Source of the DNA: the human T2T-CHM13v2.0 reference genome, Homo sapiens
Assembly (NCBI RefSeq): GCF_009914755.1
Contig: NC_060937.1
DNA: 64,000 bases
Direction: 5' to 3' (one strand)
Shown: positions 1 through 13,081 of the stretch, in pieces
Numbering within the stretch: the first letter of the stretch is position 1
Layout: the number at the start of each line of letters is the position of its first letter
Notes under the pieces: generated by a model
The model's database searches: none
What the model saw: only the letters and a program-made list of their open reading frames with translations
What the model was told of the DNA's origin: nothing
Program-made: the position numbers and the translations under genes

Positions 1-147
1 TTAGAAGGCAGCTCCATGACATTGTCTGCTTCTGAATAGTACACTGATGGTACAACAAGTGGATCCTGTGGTTACAGGATAACCACACTCATACTCACTT
101 TGCTATGAAGTGAGTCTCCAGGTTTCATACAATGTAGTCTGGTACCC
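1..147 (-). mobile_element. ERVL/MaLR-class internal remnant (integrase core), continuing after the MLT1 LTR
   Basis: Resembles recalled ERVL integrase sequence on the minus strand (cactttgctatgaagtgagtctcc...caatgtagtctggtacc) and joins colinearly with the sequence after 864 (ccatgcctgtggaaaaggcat). Confidence 0.55.
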
Positions 148-863
148 AGTTGTAGGCAGAATTTGAAGATGATCCCCAAGACTCGTACTACTTCATATGC
201 ACACCTACATAATAGAGAACAAAGCATTCTAATTTTATGACTTTCTATGTGCCTTTTTGGAAATATCTCATGGTATATTAATCTCTGTTGCAGATGTTAT
301 GTCCTTGATGGGGGATGACATGGTTTTATAGTTTCTTTTGGCCTCCCACACCATGATAGCTCTTACTTCACAGGCCAGTTGAAACTGGCAATATCCTCCA
401 CTTGAGTGTGGGTAGGCCTTAACTAATCAGATGTATCTTTTAAAAATGGGTATAGAGAACAGAGAGAATATAAGTCAGAGATACTTGAAGATGCATCAGA
501 TGCTCTCCTGTTGGTCTTAAGAAAGGAAACTGCTATGTCATTAAAAATCATGTGGCAGAAAATAAGAGGCAGGCTCTAGAAGGCAAGAGTAGCCCCCAGC
601 TGACAACCAGCAGCGTCCTCTATCCTACAATGACAAGGAAACAAATTTCTGTCCATGATTGCATGAGCGTGGAGAAGACTCTGAGCTCCAGGAAGGAGCA
701 CAGGAAACACTTCAAGCTCAGCCTTTGTAAGACTCTAAGAAGGGATTCCAGCTAGGCTATGCCTGGACATCTTATTTACAGAAACTGTAAATAAATAAAC
801 GGATGTCATTTTAAACTACTAAATTTGTGAAATTTTGTAATGTTGAAATAGAAAACTGATGCA
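148..863 (+). mobile_element. MLT1E-like solo LTR (ERVL-MaLR) with an ~180-bp unrelated insert at ~214-392
   Basis: Start gtaggcagaatttgaagatgatccccaaga, body cccccagctgacaaccagc, end aaatagaaaactgatgca resemble MLT1E-group LTRs. No intact TSD. Confidence 0.7.
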
Positions 864-2495
864 GCTTCCATGCCTGTGGAAAAGGCATGTGAAAGCTCGC
901 ATGCAGTAACATTGGTTATAGCTCTGTAAGCAGGAAAGCCAAATTCATACTTGGAATATCTATTCATGCTTATGAAGACAAACTTAGCTCTTCTATAAAA
1001 GTGAAGGCCCAATGTAGTCTGTTTGCTACTAAGTAGCTTGCTGGTATACTTGAGGAATAGCATTATTTCAGTGCTTCAGAACAGGTCTCTGTTTATGAAA
1101 AATTGGACATTCCAAAGAGATAGTAGCTAGATTGGTCTTGGTTAGTGAATGTCCATGTTGCTGAGTAAATTATTTGTGTTTATTACTGCCACTGCACTGT
1201 GAAGTCGGATTCTATTGCTAAATAAGATGCACAGGACATAAATGAAAATACTTAAAAATATATAGTTTACTCTAGGAAAAGGGTACAGTATATTAGTGAC
1301 AGTATTAAAGAAAACATACGCATTATAGCCAAATGCTAGCTCATGGCGAGGGGTCTGGAGACATCAGGTGTGAGCTCCTATTTTAATCCATCTCAAAAGG
1401 CCATGAATGGATGCATTTTTTTCTTGGATCAGAAACCACCAATATGTGCAGGGAACACCTTGAAATTTGGGAGCTCAAAATGGTATCTTGGCTGGAGACT
1501 TTTTATTTGGCTGGCTATGCAACATATTTCTGCTACATAACCAGTTTTATCAGCAGAATCCTCCAGAGTGTCACTGAAACCAGGTGCAAATCATCAATCT
1601 CATTGTTATCAATAAACAATCCCAACTAACTGGAATGAATGGTCCAGAAACTCTTCAGACCCATGGTTGCAAAGCAATACTATTAATCAGTATGTTTTGT
1701 GCCTCGAGTAAGGGTCATTGTCATAAACGAACGTTAGCAAAGCAGCCCAAGATAATGACAAACCTGCTGTAATTAACCTTGAAAACACAAACATGGCCAT
1801 TCTATTGATGCATGCCAGTTCAAAATGGCATATGATGAAGTCTGGCCAACATCAACTGGCCATGTCATTCTGTTTGTTTAGTAATCCAGTGACACTTCCA
1901 TGGTGGTGTTTTATAATGGGCATCCACACTTGGTGCTAATTTCCATATGCCACCCATCCATGTGACTCTATCCAGAGAAATTTGTCTCTGATTTGTCTCT
2001 CCTTTTCTTCTAGGCCTCTGGCCAGATGAGTTGTAGAAGACTAGCACTTTCATTAGCTCTGACTGCTGGGAAATAAATTTCTTTCAACTGTAATTCCTGG
2101 CCAACTGAATGTGGCTGTAATGCTGATGTCATCCATGTACAGTTAGCACCCACATACTGAGTGAACCCATTCATAAGTGAACCTAGGACTTATGCCTTCT
2201 TCTTCAATATAACACACAGGGACATCCATACAAAGAGAGATGTGAAGGAAGAAAGTTTTTGTTTGTTTGTTTGTTTGTTTTGTAACTAGAGTGGTAAAAA
2301 TAAGAGTCTTGGCTATCCAGCCATGAAAGTGTATCTGTGTCTTCTATTGCTCAAGCTTAGTCCAGGATATATAATTCCCGCATTATGATTACTGATTAGT
2401 CTCTCCAACCTCATAACTTGTTAAGTCTGGCAGAAAGCAGCTTGTAATATCAGTTCCATATGCACAATCACTTGCTGCTTAAGTGTTCTGTCTCT
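864..2495 (-). mobile_element. ERVL-type pol remnant (integrase and RNase H), heavily decayed
   Basis: ORF 806-1063(-) RRAKFVFISMNRYSKYEFGFPAYRA resembles ERVL integrase KGQRFVLTGIDTYSGYGFAFPA. The 1865-2053(-) region resembles the ERVL RNase H C-terminal block. Many stops and frameshifts. Confidence 0.65.
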
Positions 2496-2500
2496 ACTAG

Positions 2501-4607
2501 TGATATGATTAGGCTGTGTCCCTACGCAAATCTCATCTTGAATTGTAACTCCCACAATTCCCATGTGTCATGGGAGGAATCTGGTGGGAGGTGATTGACT
2601 TATGGGGTGGGTCTTGCCCATGCTGTTCTCATGATAGTTAATAAGTCTCATGAAATCTGATGGTTTTGAAAATGGGAGATTCCCTACACAAGCTCTCTCT
2701 TTGCCTGCTGCCATCCATGTAAGATGTGACTTGTTCCTCCTTGCCTTCTGCCATGATTGTGAAGCCTCCCCAGCTATGTGGAACAGTAAGTCCATTAAAC
2801 CTCTTTTTCTTGTAAATTGCCCAGTCTTGGGTATGTCTTTATCAGCAGTGTGAAAATAGACTAATACAGTAAATAGGTGCCAGTAGAGTGGGATGCTGTG
2901 AAAAGGTACCCAAAAATGTAAAAGCAACCTTAGAACTGGGTAACAGGCAGAGGTTGGAACAGTTTGGAGGGCTCAGAAGAAGAAAGGAAAATATGGAAGT
3001 TTGGAACTTCCTAGAGACTTGTTCAATGTCTTTGACCAAAATGTTGATAATTATATGGACAATGAGATCTGCTGAGGTGGTCTCAGATGGAGATGAGGAA
3101 CTTGTTGGGAACTGGAGCAAAGGTGACTCTTGTTATGTTTTAGCAAAGAGACTGGCAGCATTTTGCCCCTGCCCTAGAGATATGTGGAGCTTTGAACTTC
3201 AGAGACATGATTTAGGGTGTCTGGTGGAAGAATTTTCTAAGCAGCAAAGCATTCAAGACGTGACTTAGGTGCTGTTAAAGGCATTCAGTTTTAAAAGGGA
3301 AACAGAGCATAAAAGTTCAGAAAATTCAGTCTGACAATGCTTTAGAAAATAAAATCCCATTTTCTGAGAAGAAACTCAAGCCTGCTGCAGATATTTGCAT
3401 AAGTAACAAGGAGCTGAATGTTAATCACCAAGACAATGGGGAAAATGTCTCCAGGGCATGTGAGAGAATTTGAGGCAGCCCCTCCCATCACAAGGTTGGA
3501 GATCTAGGAGGAAAAAATGTTTTGTGGGTGGGGCTAAGGGTCCTTCTGCTGTGTGCTGTCTAGGGACTTGGTGCCCTACATCCCAATTGCTCCAGCTGTG
3601 ACTAAAATGGGTCAAGATACAGCTAGGGCCTTGGCTTCAGAGGCTGCAAGCCCCAAGCCTTGGCAGCTTCCACATGGTGTTGAGCCTGTGGGTGCACAGA
3701 AGTCAAGAATTGAGGTTTGGGAACCTCCACCTAGATTTCAGAAAATGTATGGAAACACCTGGATGCCCAGGGAGATGTTTGCTGAAGGGATGAGGCCTTT
3801 GTGGAGAACCTCTACTAGGCAGTGCAGAAGGAAAATGTGGGGTCAGAGATAGCACACAAAGTCCCTACTGGGGCACCACCTAGTGGAACTGTGAGAAAAG
3901 GGCCACTGTCCTCCAAGCCCCAGAATAGTAGATCCACCGACAGCTTGCACAACATGCCCTGCTGGATTTCGGACTTGCATGAGGCCTGTAGCCCCTTTGT
4001 TTTGGCCAGTTTCTCCCATTTGAAATAGTTGTATTTATGCAATGCCTGTACCCCCATTGTATCTAGGAAGTATGTAACTTGTTTTTGATTTTACAGGCTC
4101 ATAGGCAGAAGGAACTTGCCTTGTTTCAGATGAGATATTGGACTGTGACCTTTTGAGTTAAGAATTTGGGGGACCGTTGGGTAGTCATGATTGATTTTGA
4201 AATATGAGGACATGAAGTTTGGGAGGGGCTGTGGGGAATGATATGGTTTGGCTCTGTCCCTACCAAAATCTCATCTTGAATTGTAATTCCTACAATTCCC
4301 ATGTGTCATGGGAGGAACCCTGTGGGAGGTGATTGAGTTATGGGGGCAGGTCTTGCCCATGCTGTTCTCATGATAGTTAATAAGTCTCATGAAATCTGAT
4401 GGTTTTGAAAATGGGAGATTCCCTGCACAAGCTCTCTCTTTGCCTGCTGCCATCCATGTAAGATGTGACTTGCTCCTCCTTGCCTTCCACCATGATTTTG
4501 AGGCCTCCCCAGCCACGTGGAACTGTAAATCCACTAAACCTCTCTCTTTTGTAAATTGCCCAGTCTCAAGTATATCTTTATCAGCAGTGTGAAAACAGAT
4601 TAATACA
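2501..4607 (+). mobile_element. Two-LTR THE1 (THE1C-like) MaLR element: LTR 2501-2868, internal 2869-4238, LTR 4239-4607
   Basis: Both LTRs run TGATATG...TAATACA. The internal region starts gtaaataggtgccag. Exact 5-bp TSD ACTAG at 2496-2500 and 4608-4612. The 1370-bp internal region appears to lack ~200 bp near 3950 relative to the recalled consensus. Confidence 0.95.
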
Positions 4608-4612
4608 ACTAG

Positions 4613-5400
4613 GCTTCAGTGATATGCCACAAACTCTTCTGTAAAAGATATGTAAGCCTATCCTGCAGAGATTATGTTCTCACACAGGAAGAGACTAGTT
4701 TCAGGGTTATATTTGGCCTTGTCCAATATTGTAGTTTTACTCCACAGGCTAAGGAATCAATGTAGGAATTATTCCTACTGGCAAAACTCACAGTACTAAT
4801 TACACCCTTGCGGATTAAGGGATTGACTACTAGGTAAGTCTGCAGACCTAGTTGGCTCACTGTTAACTACTTTAGCTGGGACTTCATTTTTATTTATCCT
4901 TATAAGACCCCCTTCTAATAAAGGAGCTACAAAAAATTTGTGTCTCTGAGGGTCAGTGTCAATCAGACCTTTTGTCTGATAATCCTCACAGTAACTGGAG
5001 TTGCCTTTTCCCCAGTGTAGGACCCCCTGAGCATATGGCTGTAGTCTTTGGTGAAAGACTAGGGGAACCATTGCAGTAAATAACAGCTGTGATATTAAAA
5101 TAGATGTTCTTTGTGTATGAAGAAATATTCAGGTTTTGGTGGCCAGAAGGAAAAACTGCCTCACAATATTTGTGCTGCTTTTCCGTAGAATGCAGTGATT
5201 GCCCTGAAATTCCTTGTGAGCTAGGTAAATCATCTCCAAGCCTAGAGAGAAAGAGTGTTTGTGCTTCTCTGCATTCTCCTGCCACTTTCCCTAGCAGAAT
5301 GCAGAGAAAGCCAATGCCCTGGGACTGGGATTTTTCAAAGTGTGCAACAACATTAGAAGGATCTAGAAATATGCTAGAAGCAAATTATCTGACCTGCCTC
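4613..5400 (-). mobile_element. ERVL-type gag/protease remnant, probably the same old provirus the THE1 inserted into
   Basis: ORF 4796-5071(-) contains VLHWGKGN...DPQRH...PLLEGG, resembling ERVL protease VHWGKGN...LLDTGSELTLIPGDPK with frameshifts. Gene order on the minus strand is pro, then RNase H, then IN. Confidence 0.6.
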
Positions 5401-5479
5401 TAACTTTGTGAATAAAATACTACTGGGTGGGAGGACATGAGGGGTGGAAGCAATCTTTGTGTCAATATGTCTTCCAGTT

Positions 5480-5698
5480 ACTTTGGGGTCACAGCAAAAT
5501 TTGAAAATGCCATCATAAGGGACTGTAGAGACAAAGGTTGGCAGGAGACTAGAGCCCTGAGTCACCATGCGTAACAAAGCCCCTGCTATCCAAGAGCAGT
5601 GCTATGAACTTTGAGTGTCAAATAGATTCTCTTTTTAGAACTGTTGTACAGTTTAAGTCTATTTTTTACAGTAGTTTTGGATTACCATAGCTAATACA
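5480..5698 (+). mobile_element. Old MLT1 (J/K-like) LTR 3' fragment
   Basis: gagccctgagtcaccatg...ends ctaataca; very diverged. Confidence 0.4.
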
Positions 5699-5957
5699 AA
5701 GACAAAATAAGAAAATAGAGATGAAGTATAGTTTGAAAAAGACAACTGGTTAAGAATAGATGAGGTCAGATCATAACCAAGGTTGGCAGAGATGTAGCAA
5801 ATGGACTGTTTGAGTTAGGAAAAATTTTACAATTTGTGTAACCTGATGGTGTATTTGCAGTTTGAAAATAATCTTTAAAAATAAAAATGGTTTTAAAGCA
5901 ACCTGCTTTCATTACATATATAGAATTGTGTTATAGATTTAAGTTAGTCCATTACTT

Positions 5958-6020
5958 TATTTATGTATTTGTCTATATATGTATATATGTATGTATGTAT
6001 GTATTTATTTATTTATTTTT
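5958..6020. repeat. (TATG/TA/ATTT)n compound microsatellite
   Basis: Seen directly: tatatatgtatatatgtatgtatgtatgtatttatttatttatttt. Confidence 0.85.
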
Positions 6021-7046
6021 ACAATGTGTTACAGTCATTCCTGTCTCTATGCAAGCAACTAATGTGTTGCTTCCAACTAATGTGTAGTATTTTGTGCTGT
6101 GCATGCATCCTATTTTATTTGTCTCCTTTCCCAGGAAAGGAAAGCCAGATGGGGGGTACGGCATCCAAACATGGAAAGTAAAGCAGGAATCAGAGAAAAT
6201 GTGCAAGATATGGGAAAGTCATAGGAAAGGGTGTATACAAGTTTTAATTCTTTTAATTAAAAAATTATCCAACTTTAATTCATATTGCACTTGATCTGCA
6301 CAATTGATTAAACTACATAGTTTTGCAAAACTAATGTGTAGTAGGTAACATACAAACCATAAGCATCATTACTGTACTTGGTTACTATAGACTACACGAA
6401 TGTTTTGTAGATAAATGTAATTACCAATGTTTGTATCAATCTGAGTCAAAAGCCAGAAATGTTTTATCTTAAATGACAGTTGTCCAGTTCACAATCCATT
6501 GGCTATGGAGGTGTAGAGGTTTGTATTATTTGCTTATGGGTTTTTTTTTCCTTTTCTTCTAAACAATTAATACTTTAAAATTGAAACATTTCCTAAAGAA
6601 ATTCATGGCAACATTTATTTTTCACAGAAAATATTTTAAGACATTTTTGTAGCAAACACTTACATTATATAGCAAAACGTAACATTCCACAAAAAAAAAA
6701 TGAAGTAAAAGAGTAAATTCTGATGAAAGTTTTTTGCGTGTGGAAGGTCCCTTCAGGCTACAAATCAGCAGTGAAAGTTTACTTTTCTCCAGCATTAAGG
6801 ACACTGTCTTGATACATTTTGAGATGCATTGCCTTAGGGAGGCCAGTCATTTCATCAAGAAAAGAGCTAAATGGAGCCTAACTCTTTGGGCAACAAATGG
6901 CAAGGTGGTTTTTAGTATAGCATTTATTTTTACAAAAAATGTCATTTCTAAATATTGTGAATGAGACAATAAAGCAAAATATATTCTACATGGTGTTTTT
7001 AATGATTTCTTTAGGTCAGGTGCTGATTTTTAAAAACTTTACTCTT

Positions 7047-7430
<384 letters not shown>

Positions 7431-7547
7431 TTAATAATTAATATTTATTTTTATTTTAGAGTTTTCTGTATATCAAACTTGAAGCGTAGAGGTTTCAAAA
7501 AAGTTGCAGCTTTTAATGTAGGCTCAATCCTCCATTAGAAAATTATT

Positions 7548-7883
<336 letters not shown>

Positions 7884-8210
7884 TCACTAAAATAACACTT
7901 TGGTTTACATAGTGTTGGCATTCACATTCCATTGATTAATTCCTCTAATTTCATGGAAAATCTCTCATTTGTTTTCATTTTTTTGAAATTGGTAGGCATC
8001 ATGTTTTATTTTTCATTTTAGAGTATAAACATGTATAATTATTTCCAAATTTATGTTCAGTACTTCACTTGAAGAAAATATTTCTTTACTACATATTTTG
8101 TATTTAAATTTTTTGGTGTTTAGAGCATTCATATGAAACAGTGGCCCTGCCTACATATTTTAGAGAATAATAAATAACTCCTATGTGCAAATGCAGTTTA
8201 TCAAAATAAT

Positions 8211-8508
<298 letters not shown>

Positions 8509-9102
8509 AAAATAATATTTTTAATCATCTTATTTTCTTCTATCTCTGTAACCATTTAAATAAATGCCTTTCCAACAATATCAAATAGTTATCATTTTAG
8601 TTATATCACATTAGGTTAGGTTTTTCTGAGCATTCCATCTGCTATAGTGCTAATATATTTTCAAGCATGATTACTGCAGAGAAGCATTTTTAAATTTAAT
8701 TGTGTTAAATCTGTATCTTAATGAAGTGTCTTATCTCTACTGGTTTTTCAGTTGATTATCTTCTATAGTTGAGGTGGAAAATTCTTTATATTCGCAAATA
8801 ATCATCATTATGTAACTAAATTTATAATATTTATTCAAGTCTATTATTTTCACTGTTTTGGCTTTCTAAGTGATGTTAAACTTTTGATGACAGTAATCAT
8901 TTTACTGCCTCTCAATATTATAAATAATGTCAAAAGAGAGTGCAAGAGATGAAAGAGAAAGAACTATTTGTGAAAACAAATTTTTTTCTTCAAATGATTT
9001 TTCAGCAGATATCAATATGCTTTTCTTGTTTAATACAATAAAATGTATGAGTAGAGTATCCAAATATTAAATATTCCACAACCCATGAAGGAACCCTTTC
9101 TT

Positions 9103-9213
9103 TTCATTTTATTTTATTTTATTTATTTTTTTTTTGAGACGGAGTCTTGCTCTGTCTCCCAGGCTGGAATGCAGTGGCACGATCTCAGCTCACTGCAAGC
9201 TCCACCTCCCAGA
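9103..9213 (-). mobile_element. Severely 5'-truncated AluY (about 80 nt of right arm plus tail)
   Basis: Contains ctgcaagctcc (AluY-type); TSD gaaccc(a)tttctt at 9091-9102 and 9214-9226. Confidence 0.85.
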
Positions 9214-9480
9214 GAACCCATTTCTTGATGGCACATTTATTATTCTTTTTGCACACTGTAAGCTACTAGGAGGTAATATAATGCTTAGAACTTTTGCATC
9301 AATATGTGTAAGTGAAATTAATCTGTGTAATACCATTATGTATTTTTGCCATTATATTTTTATTTCAGATAAAGTTAACTTTGTAAGTAAACACCATTGG
9401 CAACTTTCTTTCTTCCCTGCTATTTCAGACAAGTTAAAAAGGTATAGGTTCTACCTATCCCTAAAAGTTTTGTGAGGGAG

Positions 9481-9856
9481 TGATATGGTTTGGCTAAGTG
9501 TCCGCACCCAAATTTCATCTCAAATTGCCAACCTTAGTTGGAGGAGGGGCCTGGTGGGAGGTGACCGGATGAAAGGGGCAGACTTCTTCATTGCTGTTCT
9601 TTTGATAAGTGAGTTCTGATGAGATCTGGTGGTTTAAAAGTGTATGGCACTTCTTTCATTTTTTCTCTCTCCTGCCACCATGTGAAGTTGAGTTTGCTTC
9701 CCCTTCACCTTCTACCATGAGTGTAAGTTTCCTGAGGCCTCCCCATCCATGCCTCCTGTACAGCCTGTGGAACTGTGAGTCAATTTAACGTCTTTTCTTT
9801 GTAAATTGCCCAGTTTCAGATAGTTCTTTAAAGCAATGTGAGAACAAACTAATACA
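9481..9856 (+). mobile_element. MSTA-like solo LTR
   Basis: TGATATGGTTTGG...ACTAATACA with the cctgtacagcctgtggaact block; exact TSD GGGAG at 9476-9480 and 9857-9861. Confidence 0.9.
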
Positions 9857-10118
9857 GGGAGTTTTCTTAATATTTATAGTTATAAATGTACTTAGATATT
9901 TAAAGTTTTTCTTGAATTATTTTTTCATTTACCTTCTCAGGTAATTAATTAGAACAAAATAGTCAAATTTACTTAGTTGCATTTGTAGAAAAGTATCACT
10001 CTCAAGTATTTAATTTACTTGATAAATGTGATCATATGTCTTGTCTTTCTCTCATAAACTTTGATTATTTCTGGACTTTTCTTCATTAATTTTTATCTAT
10101 TCATTTTATACCAGTAGT

Positions 10119-10427
10119 CTTTTTTTTTTTTTTTTTTTTTTTTGTGATGGAGTCTTGCTCTGTCGCCCAGGCTGGAGTTCAGTGGCGCTATCTCGGCTCA
10201 CTGCAAGCTCCGCCTCCCGGGTTCATGCCATCCTCATGCCTCAGCCTCCTGAGTAGCTGGGACTACAGGTGCCCGCCACCACGCCCAGCTAAGTTTTTAA
10301 TATTTTTTTAGTAGAGACAGGGTTTCACCGTGTTAGCCATGATGGTCTTGATCTCCTGACCTAGTGATCTGCCTGCCTAGGGCCCCCAAAGTGCTGGGAT
10401 TACAGGCGTGAGCCACCGCGCCTGGCC
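10119..10427 (-). mobile_element. AluY
   Basis: Long poly-T, ctgcaagctccgcc, ccgtgttagcc, many CpGs retained; TSD CCAGTAGT at 10111-10118 and 10428-10435. Confidence 0.95.
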
Positions 10428-10468
10428 CCAGTAGTTCTTAAATCAATTTGTCATAACAGCTTTCTAGT

Positions 10469-10831
10469 TGCATTAGTCCATTATCTCACTGCTGTAAAAA
10501 AATACATGAGACTGGGTAATTTATTAACTCATGGTTCCACAGGCTGTATGGGTAGCATGGCTGAGGAGGCCTCAGGAAACTTTCAATCATGGTGGAAGGC
10601 AAAGGGGAAGTAGGCTGGTCTTAAGTGGCTGGAGCAGGAGGAAGAAAGAGAAGGGGGACATGCTATACACTTTTAAACCACCAGATATCATAATCTCACT
10701 CACTCTCACAAGATCGGCAAGGGGGAAATCGCCCTTATGATCCAATCACCTTCAGCCAGGCCCCTCCTCCAACCCGGGGGATTACAATTCGACATGAGAT
10801 TTGGGCAGGGACACATATCCAAACCATATCA
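10469..10831 (-). mobile_element. MSTA-like solo LTR
   Basis: tgcattagtccat...ccaaaccatatca, the reverse complement of MST termini; TSD ctagt/ctaat (1 mismatch). Confidence 0.88.
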
Positions 10832-11250
10832 CTAATTAATTGTTTCTTGTTTATATTTAAAAATTCCTTCCTTTTGTGATTTCTGTTTCCATAAAAGTTA
10901 TTTTTTAACAACTAAAAGTTAATATTTAAGTAATTTTTATTATATTTTCTGTTATTATTGAAAAGATTATTAGGCCTATAGCTTTTACTGAAAGTAAGTC
11001 TAAATTTATACAGATGCCTATAATAAGCATTTCTTTCATTCCATTATTTTGTAATATAGAGTAATCAAATTTTTGCTTACCTATCACAACTTATGCAGGC
11101 AAATTTGATTTATTATATGCTATTTATGGTGAAATTCTTTATTAAATCTCTTATAATCAGCTATTATGAGACTAAATAATAAGTGCTACTTGTTTAACTG
11201 AGTTGTGAATAATGTTTATCATTTTAATGAGTCAAACCTTCCTGGGATAT

Positions 11251-11775
11251 TGTGAGGGGTTTCATTTTGCAAAGATGGACATAACATTGCCCATCCCACA
11301 TGCTCTTTTGCTGTGTCACCTTGTCATTCTACAAGCAAGAAGAGAAATGAATAAAAAAAATGTGGTGGAAGACGTTATATATAAATTCTTAACCTATGTC
11401 AGAAAGGCCATGCCTTTCAAGTAGAAAACTTGTTCTTTGATTGCTGTGTCTTTTGATACTGCCTCTCACAACTGCCATGTTGTGAGAAGCCCAAAGAAAA
11501 TATAAAATCTGCAATTAGAATTCATTTGAGGGTGCTGTTTGATCCCAGGCTTGAAGTCATCTCAACCCAGGTACCATACACATGAGTGAAGATGTATCTA
11601 GATAATCCCACCCCTTAGCTTCTTATACTACCTGCATTTATTCAAGTCATAGCTGAAGCCCTTTCATCATAGAGCAAAGACAAAACATCCCCAATGGGAC
11701 TTAGAATTCTTCATATGTAGGATCTAAGAGCATAATGAAATGTTTATTTACATTGCTAATTATAAGTAATTGGTT
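11251..11775 (+). mobile_element. MLT1H-like LTR
   Basis: ttttgcaaagatggacataacattgcccatcccacatgctctt resembles the MLT1H start; later catagagcaaagacaa block. Confidence 0.65.
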
Positions 11776-11883
11776 ATGAGTAATATTTATATTCATTATT
11801 TGTATTTTAATAGAAAATAATTCTTCGGGAAAGTTAGTTTTACCTCTGACTAGGTAAGAATAATACAATTGTGAAACTTTTAA

Positions 11884-12236
<353 letters not shown>

Positions 12237-12550
12237 TGCACCATTTAAATTAGTGGTTATGGAGTGATTCTGTATTTTAAAAATCTACACAAGAAAACTT
12301 CCTGAATGACTAAGAATAAGACCCCGGTGTTAATCTCAAATGATGAATATCAGTATCAGCAACACAGAAGCATAGGAGATATTTTGAGGACACTTTGCTG
12401 CCAAAAACATATTTTCTGCTTTTACATCAGACTACTAGGGAATGGTAATTACAGTGCAATTAATAGGTTTATGTCTCTTAGTACATTTTATGTTGCCGAC
12501 ACTATTGAGTCCATCGAAATACATGTTTATAATGATAAGACACTAGATAG

Positions 12551-13081
12551 AGTAGGAGTTCAGAACATAAATATGTCACCTTGGAATAAAGATTATTTTG
12601 AGCTAAAGGTACTTAAAAAAAGAAAAGTAGATGCAAAAAGACCTCTCTGACCCTTCCTTTTTCCTTCCTGAATGCAGGAAATAAAACTCTCCTCTGGAAG
12701 ATGTCCTCTCTAGAACAAAAGCAAAGTAACATTCTTATCATCAAAGGCAGGAAGTTGAAGCTGGGAGAAATCTTTACAATAAAATTTTTAAAACTATCCC
12801 TTATCCTCCTACTTACTTCTTCACCCAATTAAGTACCCTAGTCCAAACCCATTTGCCTTGACACATTTCCACAATGTACTACTCTGTGTCCAACCCATAC
12901 ATAAGTGTTTGATTCTGTTTCTTTGGATTTTCCTTTTCCCTTAAGGACTACCATGTCATGTAAAACTCTAATTAAATACATTTTTATGCTTTTCTTCTGT
13001 TAATTTGTCTTACATCAGTTTAACTCTCGGGCCCAACGGAAAACCCTAAGAGAGCGGAGGGACAATTTCGCCTCCCCTACG
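12551..13081 (+). mobile_element. MER34/MER39-group ERV1 solo LTR
   Basis: Start gtaggagttcagaacat...ttattttgagctaaagg, end tttcgcctcccctac; 4-bp TSD ATAG at 12547-12550 and 13082-13085. Confidence 0.7.

Noticed and set aside
2568-4592. Duplicated ORF pairs (MKSDGFENGRFP... at 2650 and 4389) suggesting paralogous small genes
   Set aside because: They are the two LTRs of one THE1 element read in the same frame.
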